Shown here: piece by piece, positions 27,480 to 35,053 of the stretch
Numbering within the stretch: the first letter of the stretch is position 1
How the letters are laid out: every line of letters starts with the position of its first letter
Origin: Vulcanimicrobiaceae bacterium
GTDB taxonomy: Bacteria > Vulcanimicrobiota > Vulcanimicrobiia > Vulcanimicrobiales > Vulcanimicrobiaceae
Assembly (NCBI GenBank): GCA_036826275.1
Contig: DAISWS010000004.1
Span: forward strand, 1 to 47,153
DNA: 47,153 nt
Direction: 5' to 3'
Notes under the pieces: generated by a model
Told to the model about the DNA's origin: nothing
Database searches by the model: none
Seen by the model: the letters and a program-made list of their open reading frames with translations, nothing else
Position numbers and translations under genes: made by a program

Positions 27480-28181
27480 ATGCACAGACCGGTGAGCGGA
27501 TTAGACTGGAAAATGTATTTCGAGGCGTTGCCGCTCTACGCGCGCAACCTCGGCGTTCTGCTCTTTCCGCTTATCGCTGCGGCCATTGGTCTGGGAATCG
27601 ACTATCTGGGACAGTGGCTCTCCGCGCCCATGGGCTTCGGCATCATGGGCATCTTCACGTACATCGCCTTGGTCATCGAAGGCTACGGCTGCGCGCTCGC
27701 AATTATTTTCGCGGACCAGGCATGGCGCACGGGCCGCGGCAGTTTGCGCAACGCATGGGATCAAGGCGCGCGCCGCGCCGGCGATATCTTTCTCGCCATT
27801 ATCGGCTTCTATTTCCTCATCTACGTCGCCGGATTGATCGGCGGCATCGGCGGCCCCGTGATTTCACTTGTGCTGACCGTGGTTGCGGTGTGGGCATTCA
27901 TCTTCTCGGTCCCGGCCGCCGCAATCGGCGGCATCCCGGCCGGCGGCGTATTTTCCGCATCGCTGCAAGCCGCGCGCCGGCATCCGGTAGCGACGGCCGT
28001 GCTTGCAATCGTATCGTACGGCGTGTGGGTTGCACTCACGCGCTACGCGCTGGCAGCGATCGGCGGATACATGGGCGCGGGCTACGATGCCGCGAGCGTC
28101 TTACTCGCGGCTATCGCGTTGGGGTACATCGCGCTGATCTTGGCGCGGCAGTATGCGGATTTAGCGTTTCGGTTTTGGTAG
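27480..28181 (+). CDS. Hypothetical polytopic membrane protein
   Basis: 233 aa with 5-6 hydrophobic Gly/Ala/Ile-rich segments. The ATG lies 1 nt after the mtnP stop. No family recognised. Confidence 0.6.
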   Translation: MHRPVSGLDWKMYFEALPLYARNLGVLLFPLIAAAIGLGIDYLGQWLSAPMGFGIMGIFTYIALVIEGYGCALAIIFADQAWRTGRGSLRNAWDQGARRAGDIFLAIIGFYFLIYVAGLIGGIGGPVISLVLTVVAVWAFIFSVPAAAIGGIPAGGVFSASLQAARRHPVATAVLAIVSYGVWVALTRYALAAIGGYMGAGYDAASVLLAAIALGYIALILARQYADLAFRFW

Positions 28182-28185
28182 GGCG

Positions 28186-28394
28186 CTCGCACGCGCCAAT
28201 CGTCAAAGCGTACCCCCTCACGACCTCACGGGACCGCAGCGCGATCGACCTCCTGTCGAGCGCGCTGCTCAGGACAACCGAATTTGCGCGAAAACGAGTT
28301 TAGTAACAGACATCCTGTCTGGCGCGCAAATTCGGAACGTCCCGTGACATCGTGAGGGGGTACGCTTTGGCGATTGGCGAGTGATCTTTTTTTT
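28186..28394 (+). ncRNA. Candidate structured RNA or unusually elaborate intrinsic terminator (multi-branched ~200-nt hairpin plus U8)
   Basis: A 29-bp closing helix pairs 28194-28222 with 28351-28379; its only non-Watson-Crick pair is T28203/G28370. That pair is G-U on the + strand and A-C on the - strand. Further helices are tcacgggac/gtcccgtga (28226-34/28339-47) and ccgaatttgcgcg/cgcgcaaattcgg (28278-90/28323-35). A side hairpin spans 28236-28268 with loop CTCCT. An apical hairpin spans 28307-28321. T8 lies at 28387-28394. Confidence 0.45.
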
Positions 28395-28405
28395 CTAACG
28401 CTTTG

Positions 28406-29425
28406 TTAGGTAGGAGCGGCTGTCGACGTTAGCGCCATGCGCACGAAGTCTGCAACGAGTGCCGGTGAAACGTTCGTGCGGGCTAGGCGTTGGGCTTCCG
28501 TGATCTTGGCGAGAGCTGCGAGCGCTGCTTGCGAGTCGATGGGCGCGAGCCCGTGTAGTTCCGTGTTGTAATCCAACGCCAGTAGAGGCGCTCCTTTGCC
28601 TACGCTCGTTAGCGCTACCCAATCGCGAACAAGCGTCTTGAGAATTTCCAGGCCTTCGTCGAGCGTTTCGCGCGTTGCCCAGGTTTCTTCCGGCCTGGCG
28701 CCTCGCGCGACTTCGAAGAACCAGTTTGCAACTTGTCCTCGCAGTTGCTCTTCGTCTTCTTCGAGTGCCGCGAGCGCGCGCGTGACGGAACCTTGCGAAA
28801 GCGCCGCGCCGAGCTTTGCGTTCTTGTCGTCGAAACCGCGTTCGCGTAAGATGGCTTCCACTTCGGCTGATGAGAGCGATGGGAATCGAATTTCGATCAG
28901 ACGCGACCGGATCGTCGAGAGCAGGCGCGCGGGCGTTGACGTCGTCACCAGCAAGACGACGTTGGCGGGTGGTTCTTCGAAAAATTTCAGCAGGGCGTTT
29001 GCGGCGGCGGGCGAGGCGAAGTCGACGTCGCCCAAAACGAAAACGCGAAAGCCGCCGCTGTAGGACTGCAGCGACAGCTGGCGCACCAGATCGCGCGATG
29101 TGATCGCTTCGGCTTCGTGAAATCCGAGCGCTTCGTCGGTCTCGCCGATCTTGAGCGGGCCGATGCTTTCCAACAGATCGGGATGGCGCGTTTCTTCCTT
29201 GCCGATCAGTTTGCATGAAGCGCAGGTGCCGTCGTAGCCGAGCACGCTGTCAGGATGCGGCGCTTCGCATAGCAGCGATTGCGCCAACCGGCGCGCGAAG
29301 GTTTTTTTTCCGATGCCGGGCGTGCCCGTAAAAAGATAACCATGTGCGATCGTGTGTTTTGTGAGGCGCGAGAAGAACTGTTGGGGACCCTGCGCCCCGG
29401 CGACTTCAAACTTCAGACCGGTCAT
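28406..29425 (-). CDS. holB: DNA polymerase III subunit delta'
   Basis: Start at MTGLKF (ATG 29425). Contains HGYLFTGTPGIGKKTFARRLAQSLLC, a Cys-rich module (CASCK) and a box VII-like region. Confidence 0.85.
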   Translation of the reverse strand: MTGLKFEVAGAQGPQQFFSRLTKHTIAHGYLFTGTPGIGKKTFARRLAQSLLCEAPHPDSVLGYDGTCASCKLIGKEETRHPDLLESIGPLKIGETDEALGFHEAEAITSRDLVRQLSLQSYSGGFRVFVLGDVDFASPAAANALLKFFEEPPANVVLLVTTSTPARLLSTIRSRLIEIRFPSLSSAEVEAILRERGFDDKNAKLGAALSQGSVTRALAALEEDEEQLRGQVANWFFEVARGARPEETWATRETLDEGLEILKTLVRDWVALTSVGKGAPLLALDYNTELHGLAPIDSQAALAALAKITEAQRLARTNVSPALVADFVRMALTSTAAPT

Positions 29426-30035
29426 GGCCCATAATGCCCGAGAGCGCCGCAAGCGCCGCGTCCGTCACTTCTTCGGGCGCGCGTTCGCCGTCGATGCGCA
29501 CCACCCGCTCTTCCCCGTTCGCCATTGCGAGATAGCCGTCGCGAATGCGCCGGTGAAACGCTTCTTCTTCACGCTCCATGCGGTCGTGCGCTCTGCCGCG
29601 ATCGGATAGTCGCGCCCGAGACGTTTCGTATGAAACGTCGATCAGCAGCGTCAGGTCGGGCCACAAACCGCTGGTGGCCGCATCGCACACCGCTCGCACG
29701 ATCTCCAATGGAATGCCGCGTCCGTAGCCTTGATACGCCAGCGAGGAATGCGCATAACGGTCGCACAGCACCACCGCTCCGCGCGCGAGCGCCGGACGGA
29801 TAACGTCCGCAACGAGCTGCGCGCGGGAGGCGTTCATCAGCATCAACTCCGTGAGCGGAGAGATCGCCATGTCGCGCTTATGCAGCAGGATGTCGCGCGC
29901 GGCGTCGCCGACGGGCGTACCGCCCGGTTCGTGCGCGAGCACGACCTCACGCCCTTCAGCACGCAACGCGCGCGCGATGGCGGCCATGACGGTAGACTTT
30001 CCGCTGCCTTCAATGCCCTCGAACGAAATGAACAC
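29406..30035 (-). CDS. tmk: Thymidylate kinase
   Basis: GTG 30035 gives MFISFEGIEGSGKST. DRY-like CDRYAHSSLAYQG is present. Only the C-terminal 209 aa of listed ORF 29406..30473 are taken. It overlaps the holB start by 20 nt. Confidence 0.9.
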   Translation of the reverse strand: MFISFEGIEGSGKSTVMAAIARALRAEGREVVLAHEPGGTPVGDAARDILLHKRDMAISPLTELMLMNASRAQLVADVIRPALARGAVVLCDRYAHSSLAYQGYGRGIPLEIVRAVCDAATSGLWPDLTLLIDVSYETSRARLSDRGRAHDRMEREEEAFHRRIRDGYLAMANGEERVVRIDGERAPEEVTDAALAALSGIMGHDRSEV

Positions 30036-30058
30036 GCGGACATATGCCCCCCGGAAAG

Positions 30059-30107
30059 CGCGGGGTCCTTCGATGCCTCTTACGGCATAAAGAACCCGCG
30101 TTTTTTT
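30059..30107 (+). terminator. Terminator-like hairpin plus T7, oriented against the surrounding - strand operon
   Basis: cgcggg (30059-64) pairs with cccgcg (30095-100), and an inner atgcc/ggcat stem sits within it. T7 follows at 30101-30107. On the - strand the same hairpin is preceded by A7 and followed only by CUUUCC. Confidence 0.3.
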
Positions 30108-30111
30108 CAGG

Positions 30112-31659
30112 TTACGCTTCGGATTTGAAGATCCGCACGCGGCGGTTGGGCTCCAGACCGGTGCTGCGCGACTGCAGCCGGTACTTCTCCGCGAGCTGAT
30201 GCTGCATGCGCCGCACGTACGAGGTCTGCGGCGAGAGTTCGATGGCTTTGCTGTTGAGCAGGACTTGGTAGACGGCTTCCTCCGCTTCGCGCAAAGCGAT
30301 TTCTTCTGTGTCGATGGAAGGCAGATTGAAGACGTCTTTGAGGCAACTTTGAATTTGCGTTGTCGTGTTCGTCTTGATGCTGTAGATCGGGATGTTTTCC
30401 GATGCGATCTGTTTGAGCTTCGGCTGCTCCTTGCGTTCCAGCGTCTTGAGCGTGAGCACGACGTCAGCGTCATCCCAGTTCCGCGCTATTGCCGCGTTGA
30501 CGCGCAGGTTGTGCACGGCGCGCTCGATTTTGTTGCGCGAGACGCCGTACGGAAAGATCAGCAACGGCTTGTCGCGATCCTCACGCTCGCCGTCGTCCTC
30601 GTGATACGCGGCGGATGCGGCGAGTTGCGGCATCGACTCCGTATCGGCTTCCTGAACGATGGTGACTTGACCGGAGGCCGTGCGCTTGCGCACTTCCGGC
30701 TGCGGCTGATAGCCGCGCAACAGGGCGTCGACGACGTCGCCGACGTTCTTGTGGATCGCCATCGTGTCGCGATCGTGAATCTCGACCACGACGTCGAAGG
30801 TCGGCGGTGCCTTGCGTTCGAGCACGGTTTTGCGCGTGCCGCGGCGCCTGGCTTCTTCGTCGGAAAGCGTCACCGCGCTGATGCCGCCGACGAGGTCCGA
30901 AAGCGTCGGATTCATCAGCAGATTTTCGAGCGTTTGGCCGTGCGCCGTCCCGATGAGGGCGACACCGCGTTCGGCAATCGTCCGCGCGGCGGCGGATTCC
31001 GCCTCCGTGCCGATTTCGTCGATGACGACCACTTGCGGCATATGGTTTTCGACCGCTTCGATCATCACCGAATGCTGCAGCGCCGGATCGGCGACCTGCA
31101 TGCGCCGCGCCGTGCCGATGCCCGGATGCGGAATGTCGGAATCGCCGGCAATCTCGTTGGAGGTGTCGACGATGACGACGCGTTTGCGATCTTCCGAGAG
31201 CACGCGCGCGCATTCGCGCAGCATCGTCGTCTTGCCGACGCCCGGACGTCCGAGCAGGCAAATCGATTTGCCGCTGCGCAAGATGTCCAGCAGAATATCG
31301 ATCGTTCCGTACACCGCACGGCCGACGCGGCACGTCAGGCCGACGATTTTTCCGGTGCGGTTGCGAATCGCGCTGATGCGGTGCAGCGTTTGTTCGATGC
31401 CCGCGCGATTATCCGCGCCGAACGTCGAGAGGCGCGAACACACGTGAGCGATATCTTCCTGCGTGACGGCAGTTTCCGAGAGATAGACGAAGTCATCTTC
31501 GAAGCGTGCCTCCGGCGGACGTCCCAAATCCAAAACCACCTCGATCATCGCATCGAGGTTGGGAAGGCGAACGAGCGATTGCCGGATGGGAAGCGGAAAG
31601 ATGTCGAGGAGTTGGGTGAGCTCCCAATTGGGAGCGAAGGATTCGGCTTTAACCGCCAA
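30112..31659 (-). CDS. AAA ATPase with C-terminal R3H nucleic-acid-binding domain (SpoIIIAA/Ycf45-like)
   Basis: Walker A LLGRPGVGKTTML and Walker B VVVIDEIG. The C-terminal R3H signature is YVRRMQHQLAEKY. TTG start with GAGGG 7 nt upstream. Confidence 0.8.
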   Translation of the reverse strand: MAVKAESFAPNWELTQLLDIFPLPIRQSLVRLPNLDAMIEVVLDLGRPPEARFEDDFVYLSETAVTQEDIAHVCSRLSTFGADNRAGIEQTLHRISAIRNRTGKIVGLTCRVGRAVYGTIDILLDILRSGKSICLLGRPGVGKTTMLRECARVLSEDRKRVVIVDTSNEIAGDSDIPHPGIGTARRMQVADPALQHSVMIEAVENHMPQVVVIDEIGTEAESAAARTIAERGVALIGTAHGQTLENLLMNPTLSDLVGGISAVTLSDEEARRRGTRKTVLERKAPPTFDVVVEIHDRDTMAIHKNVGDVVDALLRGYQPQPEVRKRTASGQVTIVQEADTESMPQLAASAAYHEDDGEREDRDKPLLIFPYGVSRNKIERAVHNLRVNAAIARNWDDADVVLTLKTLERKEQPKLKQIASENIPIYSIKTNTTTQIQSCLKDVFNLPSIDTEEIALREAEEAVYQVLLNSKAIELSPQTSYVRRMQHQLAEKYRLQSRSTGLEPNRRVRIFKSEA

Positions 31660-31752
31660 TACTGACCCTCGCTTTTTCCGTTGACGAGCCCGTCCTGAGC
31701 TCGTCGAGGGGTTTTGAGTCTTTTTCCCATTATCGGGCGTTCGCCCTGCATT

Positions 31753-33237
31753 TCATAGGCTGACGACGCGGATCTTCTTGAGCTCCTTGTCGAACGGCCC
31801 TTGCATGCGTACGCCGGCCTTTAGTTCGAGCGCCAAGTAGTCGATAATTTCGTCGGTAATTTCTTCTCCCGGCGAGATTACCGGAATGCCCGGCGGATAT
31901 GGTGAGATCGTCTCAGCGCAGATGCGGCCTTTGCTCTGTTTGAACCGCACGAATTCGGTTTGCGCCAGGAACGCGTCGCGCGGGAGCATGCGCATCGGCG
32001 GAATTTTCGGCAGTTTGTACGTACCGGTTTTCAAGCGGCGCTCGAGAATTCCCGAAGGGGAGAAAATGTCGATGGGGCGGTCTTCACGCGCCAGTTCCAA
32101 CACGCCCTCGACGAGCCTGTCGGCGGCCGACTGCGTCGTGCCGATCGTAAAAAGGGCGACCACGTTGAAAAGGTCCGCCAGCTCCACTTGCACGTTGTAA
32201 CGCCGGCGCAGGATCTCGGAGGCTTCGTAGCCCGTATAACCGAGGTCTTTGACCGTTATCGTTACTTTCGTCGGGTCCAAATCGAACACGCCGGGCTGCC
32301 CCTGCAGCTCTTCACCGAAACAGTAGACGCCGTCTATAGCGTTCAGGCGCCGGCGCGTATCCTCCGCGAGCGCAATCGTCTTCGAAAGGAGCGCGGCGCC
32401 CTCCACCGCCATCTGTTTGCGCGCTACGTCGAGCGATGCGACCATCGGCAAATTCGGCGAAGTAGACAAAAACATCTTGAGCACCGCTTCGAGCCGGTCG
32501 ACGCGGACGCGCGGACCAATTTGGTGCAGCATGGCGCATTGCGAAAACGCCGAGAGCATCTTGTGCGTCGAGTTGATGCAGAGATCCGCGCCCGCTGCCG
32601 TTGCCGACATGGGTAGCGCGGGATGAAAGTGGAAGTGCGGCCCCCACGCCTCGTCCACGAGCAGCAGTTTGCCGGCGGCGTGCACGATCTGCGCGATCGC
32701 TTCAAGGTCGGCCGCAACTCCGTAGTACGTTGGACTCACGATATAGACCGCTTTGAGATCCGGATGTTCGGCAAGCGTTTGCGCGACGGTTCCCGTCGTC
32801 ACGCAGTGGTCCATATGAAGCGCTTCGTCGACCACGGGTTGCATGTATACCGGCTGAGCGCCGCTCATTACCAGGCCGCCAAGCATCGATTTGTGCGAGT
32901 TGCGCGGCACGGCGATCTTCTCGCCGGGATTCACGGCGGTCATCATCATGCACTGATTGCCGCTCGTCGAGCCGTTGATCAAAAAGTACGAGCGGTCCGC
33001 GCCGTACGCTTCGGCCGCGAGCTGTTGCGCTTCCAGCAGCGATTCCGCCGGCTGCAGCAGATCGTCGATGCCCGGCATCGGCGTAAGATCGATCGCGCAG
33101 ATGTTATCGCCGACAAACTCGCGGAAGGCGCGATCCATTCCCACGCCTTGCTTGTGGCCAGGCGTATGGAACGGAATGACGCCCGAGTCGACGTACTCGA
33201 GCAACGCTTGAAAGTAAGGAGTTTTCGTTTGATCCAT
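31753..33237 (-). CDS. Orn/Lys/Arg decarboxylase family protein (fold-type I PLP, YaaO/SpeA-like)
   Basis: FHTPGHKQG N-terminus and INSTHKML PLP-lysine block. 494 aa. Confidence 0.85.
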   Translation of the reverse strand: MDQTKTPYFQALLEYVDSGVIPFHTPGHKQGVGMDRAFREFVGDNICAIDLTPMPGIDDLLQPAESLLEAQQLAAEAYGADRSYFLINGSTSGNQCMMMTAVNPGEKIAVPRNSHKSMLGGLVMSGAQPVYMQPVVDEALHMDHCVTTGTVAQTLAEHPDLKAVYIVSPTYYGVAADLEAIAQIVHAAGKLLLVDEAWGPHFHFHPALPMSATAAGADLCINSTHKMLSAFSQCAMLHQIGPRVRVDRLEAVLKMFLSTSPNLPMVASLDVARKQMAVEGAALLSKTIALAEDTRRRLNAIDGVYCFGEELQGQPGVFDLDPTKVTITVKDLGYTGYEASEILRRRYNVQVELADLFNVVALFTIGTTQSAADRLVEGVLELAREDRPIDIFSPSGILERRLKTGTYKLPKIPPMRMLPRDAFLAQTEFVRFKQSKGRICAETISPYPPGIPVISPGEEITDEIIDYLALELKAGVRMQGPFDKELKKIRVVSL

Positions 33238-33245
33238 CTTCTAAA

Positions 33246-33373
33246 CCATCAGCCATTTGGGGGACCCCCCGGGCTTCGCCCGTGGGGGGCGCGCAGCCAG
33301 GGATGGCGGAGCGCCGGTTAAACTAACAGGGACCCAATCGCGTTAAACGCGATTGGGAATGGCTATGATGCGA
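33246..33373. promoter_or_regulatory. Structured intergenic element: inverted CATCA(TA)GCCATT half-sites enclosing two strong hairpins
   Basis: catcagccatt (33247-57) pairs with aatggctatgatg (33358-70), leaving a 2-nt bulge. A GC hairpin cccccc-ggg-cttcg-ccc-gt-gggggg spans 33265-33289. A perfect 10-bp hairpin cccaatcgcg-ttaaa-cgcgattggg spans 33333-33357. Confidence 0.45.
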
Positions 33374-33405
33374 AATCAGCCACGCCGCGAAGCGTGCTTC
33401 GAACG

Positions 33406-34389
33406 TCACGCGAGCACCTCGAAGCCCAGCCGCTCGAGCATCGCGAAATCGTCCCGGTCTTGCCGTCCGGCGGTCGTCAAATAGTTGCCCAGCACCAAGC
33501 CGCTCGCGCCGCTGCGCATGCCCAGATCTTGCAGCCCCTGCAGCGTCACCTCGCGGCCCCCGGCGAAGCGGATCAGCGCGGACGGCAGCGCGAGACGTGC
33601 CATGGCGACAAAACGCAGCGCTTCCGTCGGATCGACGAGCGCGCGATCTCCGAACGGCGTTCCGGGGCGCGGATTCAAAAAATTAACCGGGACTTCTTCG
33701 GGTTGCAGCTCTTGGAGCGATTCCAAGAAGTCGAGGCGATCCTCGAGCGTTTCTCCCATGCCGATGATGCCGCCGCAGCACAGCTCCAGATCGAACTGTT
33801 TGACGAGCCGGCAGGTTTGCCAGCGCTCCTCATACGTGTGCGTCGTGCAGACCGACGGGAAATAGCGGCGTGAGGTCTCCAGGTTGTGGTTCACCTTGTC
33901 GACGCCGGCCTCGGCCAGTTTCGCGAGCTGGTCTTCGCGCAAGATACCAAGTGAAACGGCAACCGTAAGCGGATAGCGCTGCTTGATGAGCGGTACGGCG
34001 GCGCAGACGCGCTCGAGAAGTTTGGCCGACGGCCCACGCACCGCAACCACGATGCACAGTTCGGCCGCACCGCGTTCGTACGCGTCACGGGCCGCGTCCA
34101 GAAAACCCTCGACCGAACTGAGCGGCTCCGGTTCGACGTCGCTCGCAAACCGCGCAGCCTGCGAGCAGAAATTGCAGTCCTCGGAGCACCCGCCCTTTTT
34201 CGCGTTGTACAGCACTTCGACGGCAATGCCGTTTCCGCAGAAGGCGGTGCGCACTTCATCCGCCAGCGCGAGGAGCGGCGGCACGTGCTCGTGCGCAAGC
34301 GCGGCGAGCGACGCAAGCAAATCGCGATCCGCCGCGCGGCGTTCGCCCAGGACGCGCGCCCGCGCGCGCTCGATGGTCGGGTGGGTCAA
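33406..34389 (-). CDS. bioB: Biotin synthase
   Basis: Radical-SAM CSEDCNFC, plus YNHNLET-like VNHNLETS. TTG start at 34389 (inferred), just after the bioD stop. Confidence 0.9.
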   Translation of the reverse strand: MTHPTIERARARVLGERRAADRDLLASLAALAHEHVPPLLALADEVRTAFCGNGIAVEVLYNAKKGGCSEDCNFCSQAARFASDVEPEPLSSVEGFLDAARDAYERGAAELCIVVAVRGPSAKLLERVCAAVPLIKQRYPLTVAVSLGILREDQLAKLAEAGVDKVNHNLETSRRYFPSVCTTHTYEERWQTCRLVKQFDLELCCGGIIGMGETLEDRLDFLESLQELQPEEVPVNFLNPRPGTPFGDRALVDPTEALRFVAMARLALPSALIRFAGGREVTLQGLQDLGMRSGASGLVLGNYLTTAGRQDRDDFAMLERLGFEVLA

Positions 34390-34405
34390 CTCGGTCGTGG
34401 TTCCT

Positions 34406-35053
34406 CTATAACAACGGGACGAACAGCTGGGCGCCCTGCTCGACGGAAGCCTGCTCGTCAGGGTCAAACGGCACAATGCCAAGAATTTCAAGTTTTCCCT
34501 GCAACGCGCGCTTCACGTCCGCGACGTATGCGGCATCGTGGTTCTCCCAGCGATCGACCAGCACGCCGCCCGCCACATTCAGACGGAGCTGGTCGCAGAG
34601 CGCGAGCGTAAGCAACGCGTGGTTCATGCACCCCAGGCGCAAGCCGATGACGACGATGATTTCCAGCTTCGCCAGCACCGCAAGCGTTCCGAAATTTTGC
34701 GCGCCGTTCAGCGGCACCGCAAGTCCTCCGGCGCCTCCGGCCACGACCGAGCCTTTGATGCCGTCGATAACATGCGCCAAATCCTCGGCGTGCACGGTCG
34801 GCATGCCTTCGGCCAGTGCGGCCGACCAGGGATCGGCCGGTTTGCGGAAGCGCGCGAGCTCGACGTGTTTGCATCCCGAGAGCTTGCCGGCACGCACCGC
34901 GTCGCCGGGCACGCGCGGATCCAAACCGGTCTGCACGAGTTTGACGATTGTCGGCGTCTGGCCGGAAATGCGCAGCGCCAGGGCAAGCGCCGCGGTGACG
35001 CGCGTCTTGCCGACGTCCGTGTCGGTCCCCGTTACGAGATAGCGGTGCGGCAC
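34406..35053 (-). CDS. bioD: Dethiobiotin synthetase
   Basis: YLVTGTDTDVGKT P-loop. GTG start at 35053 (inferred), overlapping the bioF 3' end. Confidence 0.85.
   Translation of the reverse strand: MPHRYLVTGTDTDVGKTRVTAALALALRISGQTPTIVKLVQTGLDPRVPGDAVRAGKLSGCKHVELARFRKPADPWSAALAEGMPTVHAEDLAHVIDGIKGSVVAGGAGGLAVPLNGAQNFGTLAVLAKLEIIVVIGLRLGCMNHALLTLALCDQLRLNVAGGVLVDRWENHDAAYVADVKRALQGKLEILGIVPFDPDEQASVEQGAQLFVPLL

Noticed and set aside
28186-28394. Identity of the large hairpin as SRP (4.5S/scRNA) or 6S RNA; SRP RNA was considered because it often lies near replication genes
   Set aside because: I could not find the SRP domain IV signature (GGAA tetraloop with flanking AGCA/GCAGC-type loops). 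The branch layout, with 43 nt on the 5' side against 3 nt on the 3' side, does not resemble the 6S central bubble. It is kept only as an unclassified candidate.
30199-31665. 488-aa ORF on the + strand
   Set aside because: It is entirely antisense to the well-supported R3H AAA ATPase. It has shadow-ORF composition (Arg/Asp/Ala-rich) and no motifs.
33238-33405. Lysine or guanidine (ykkC-type) riboswitch upstream of the Orn/Lys/Arg decarboxylase
   Set aside because: Only a vague resemblance (AAGCCCGGG) to the ykkC terminal motif is present. The conserved cores I remember for either class are absent, so no class assignment is justified.
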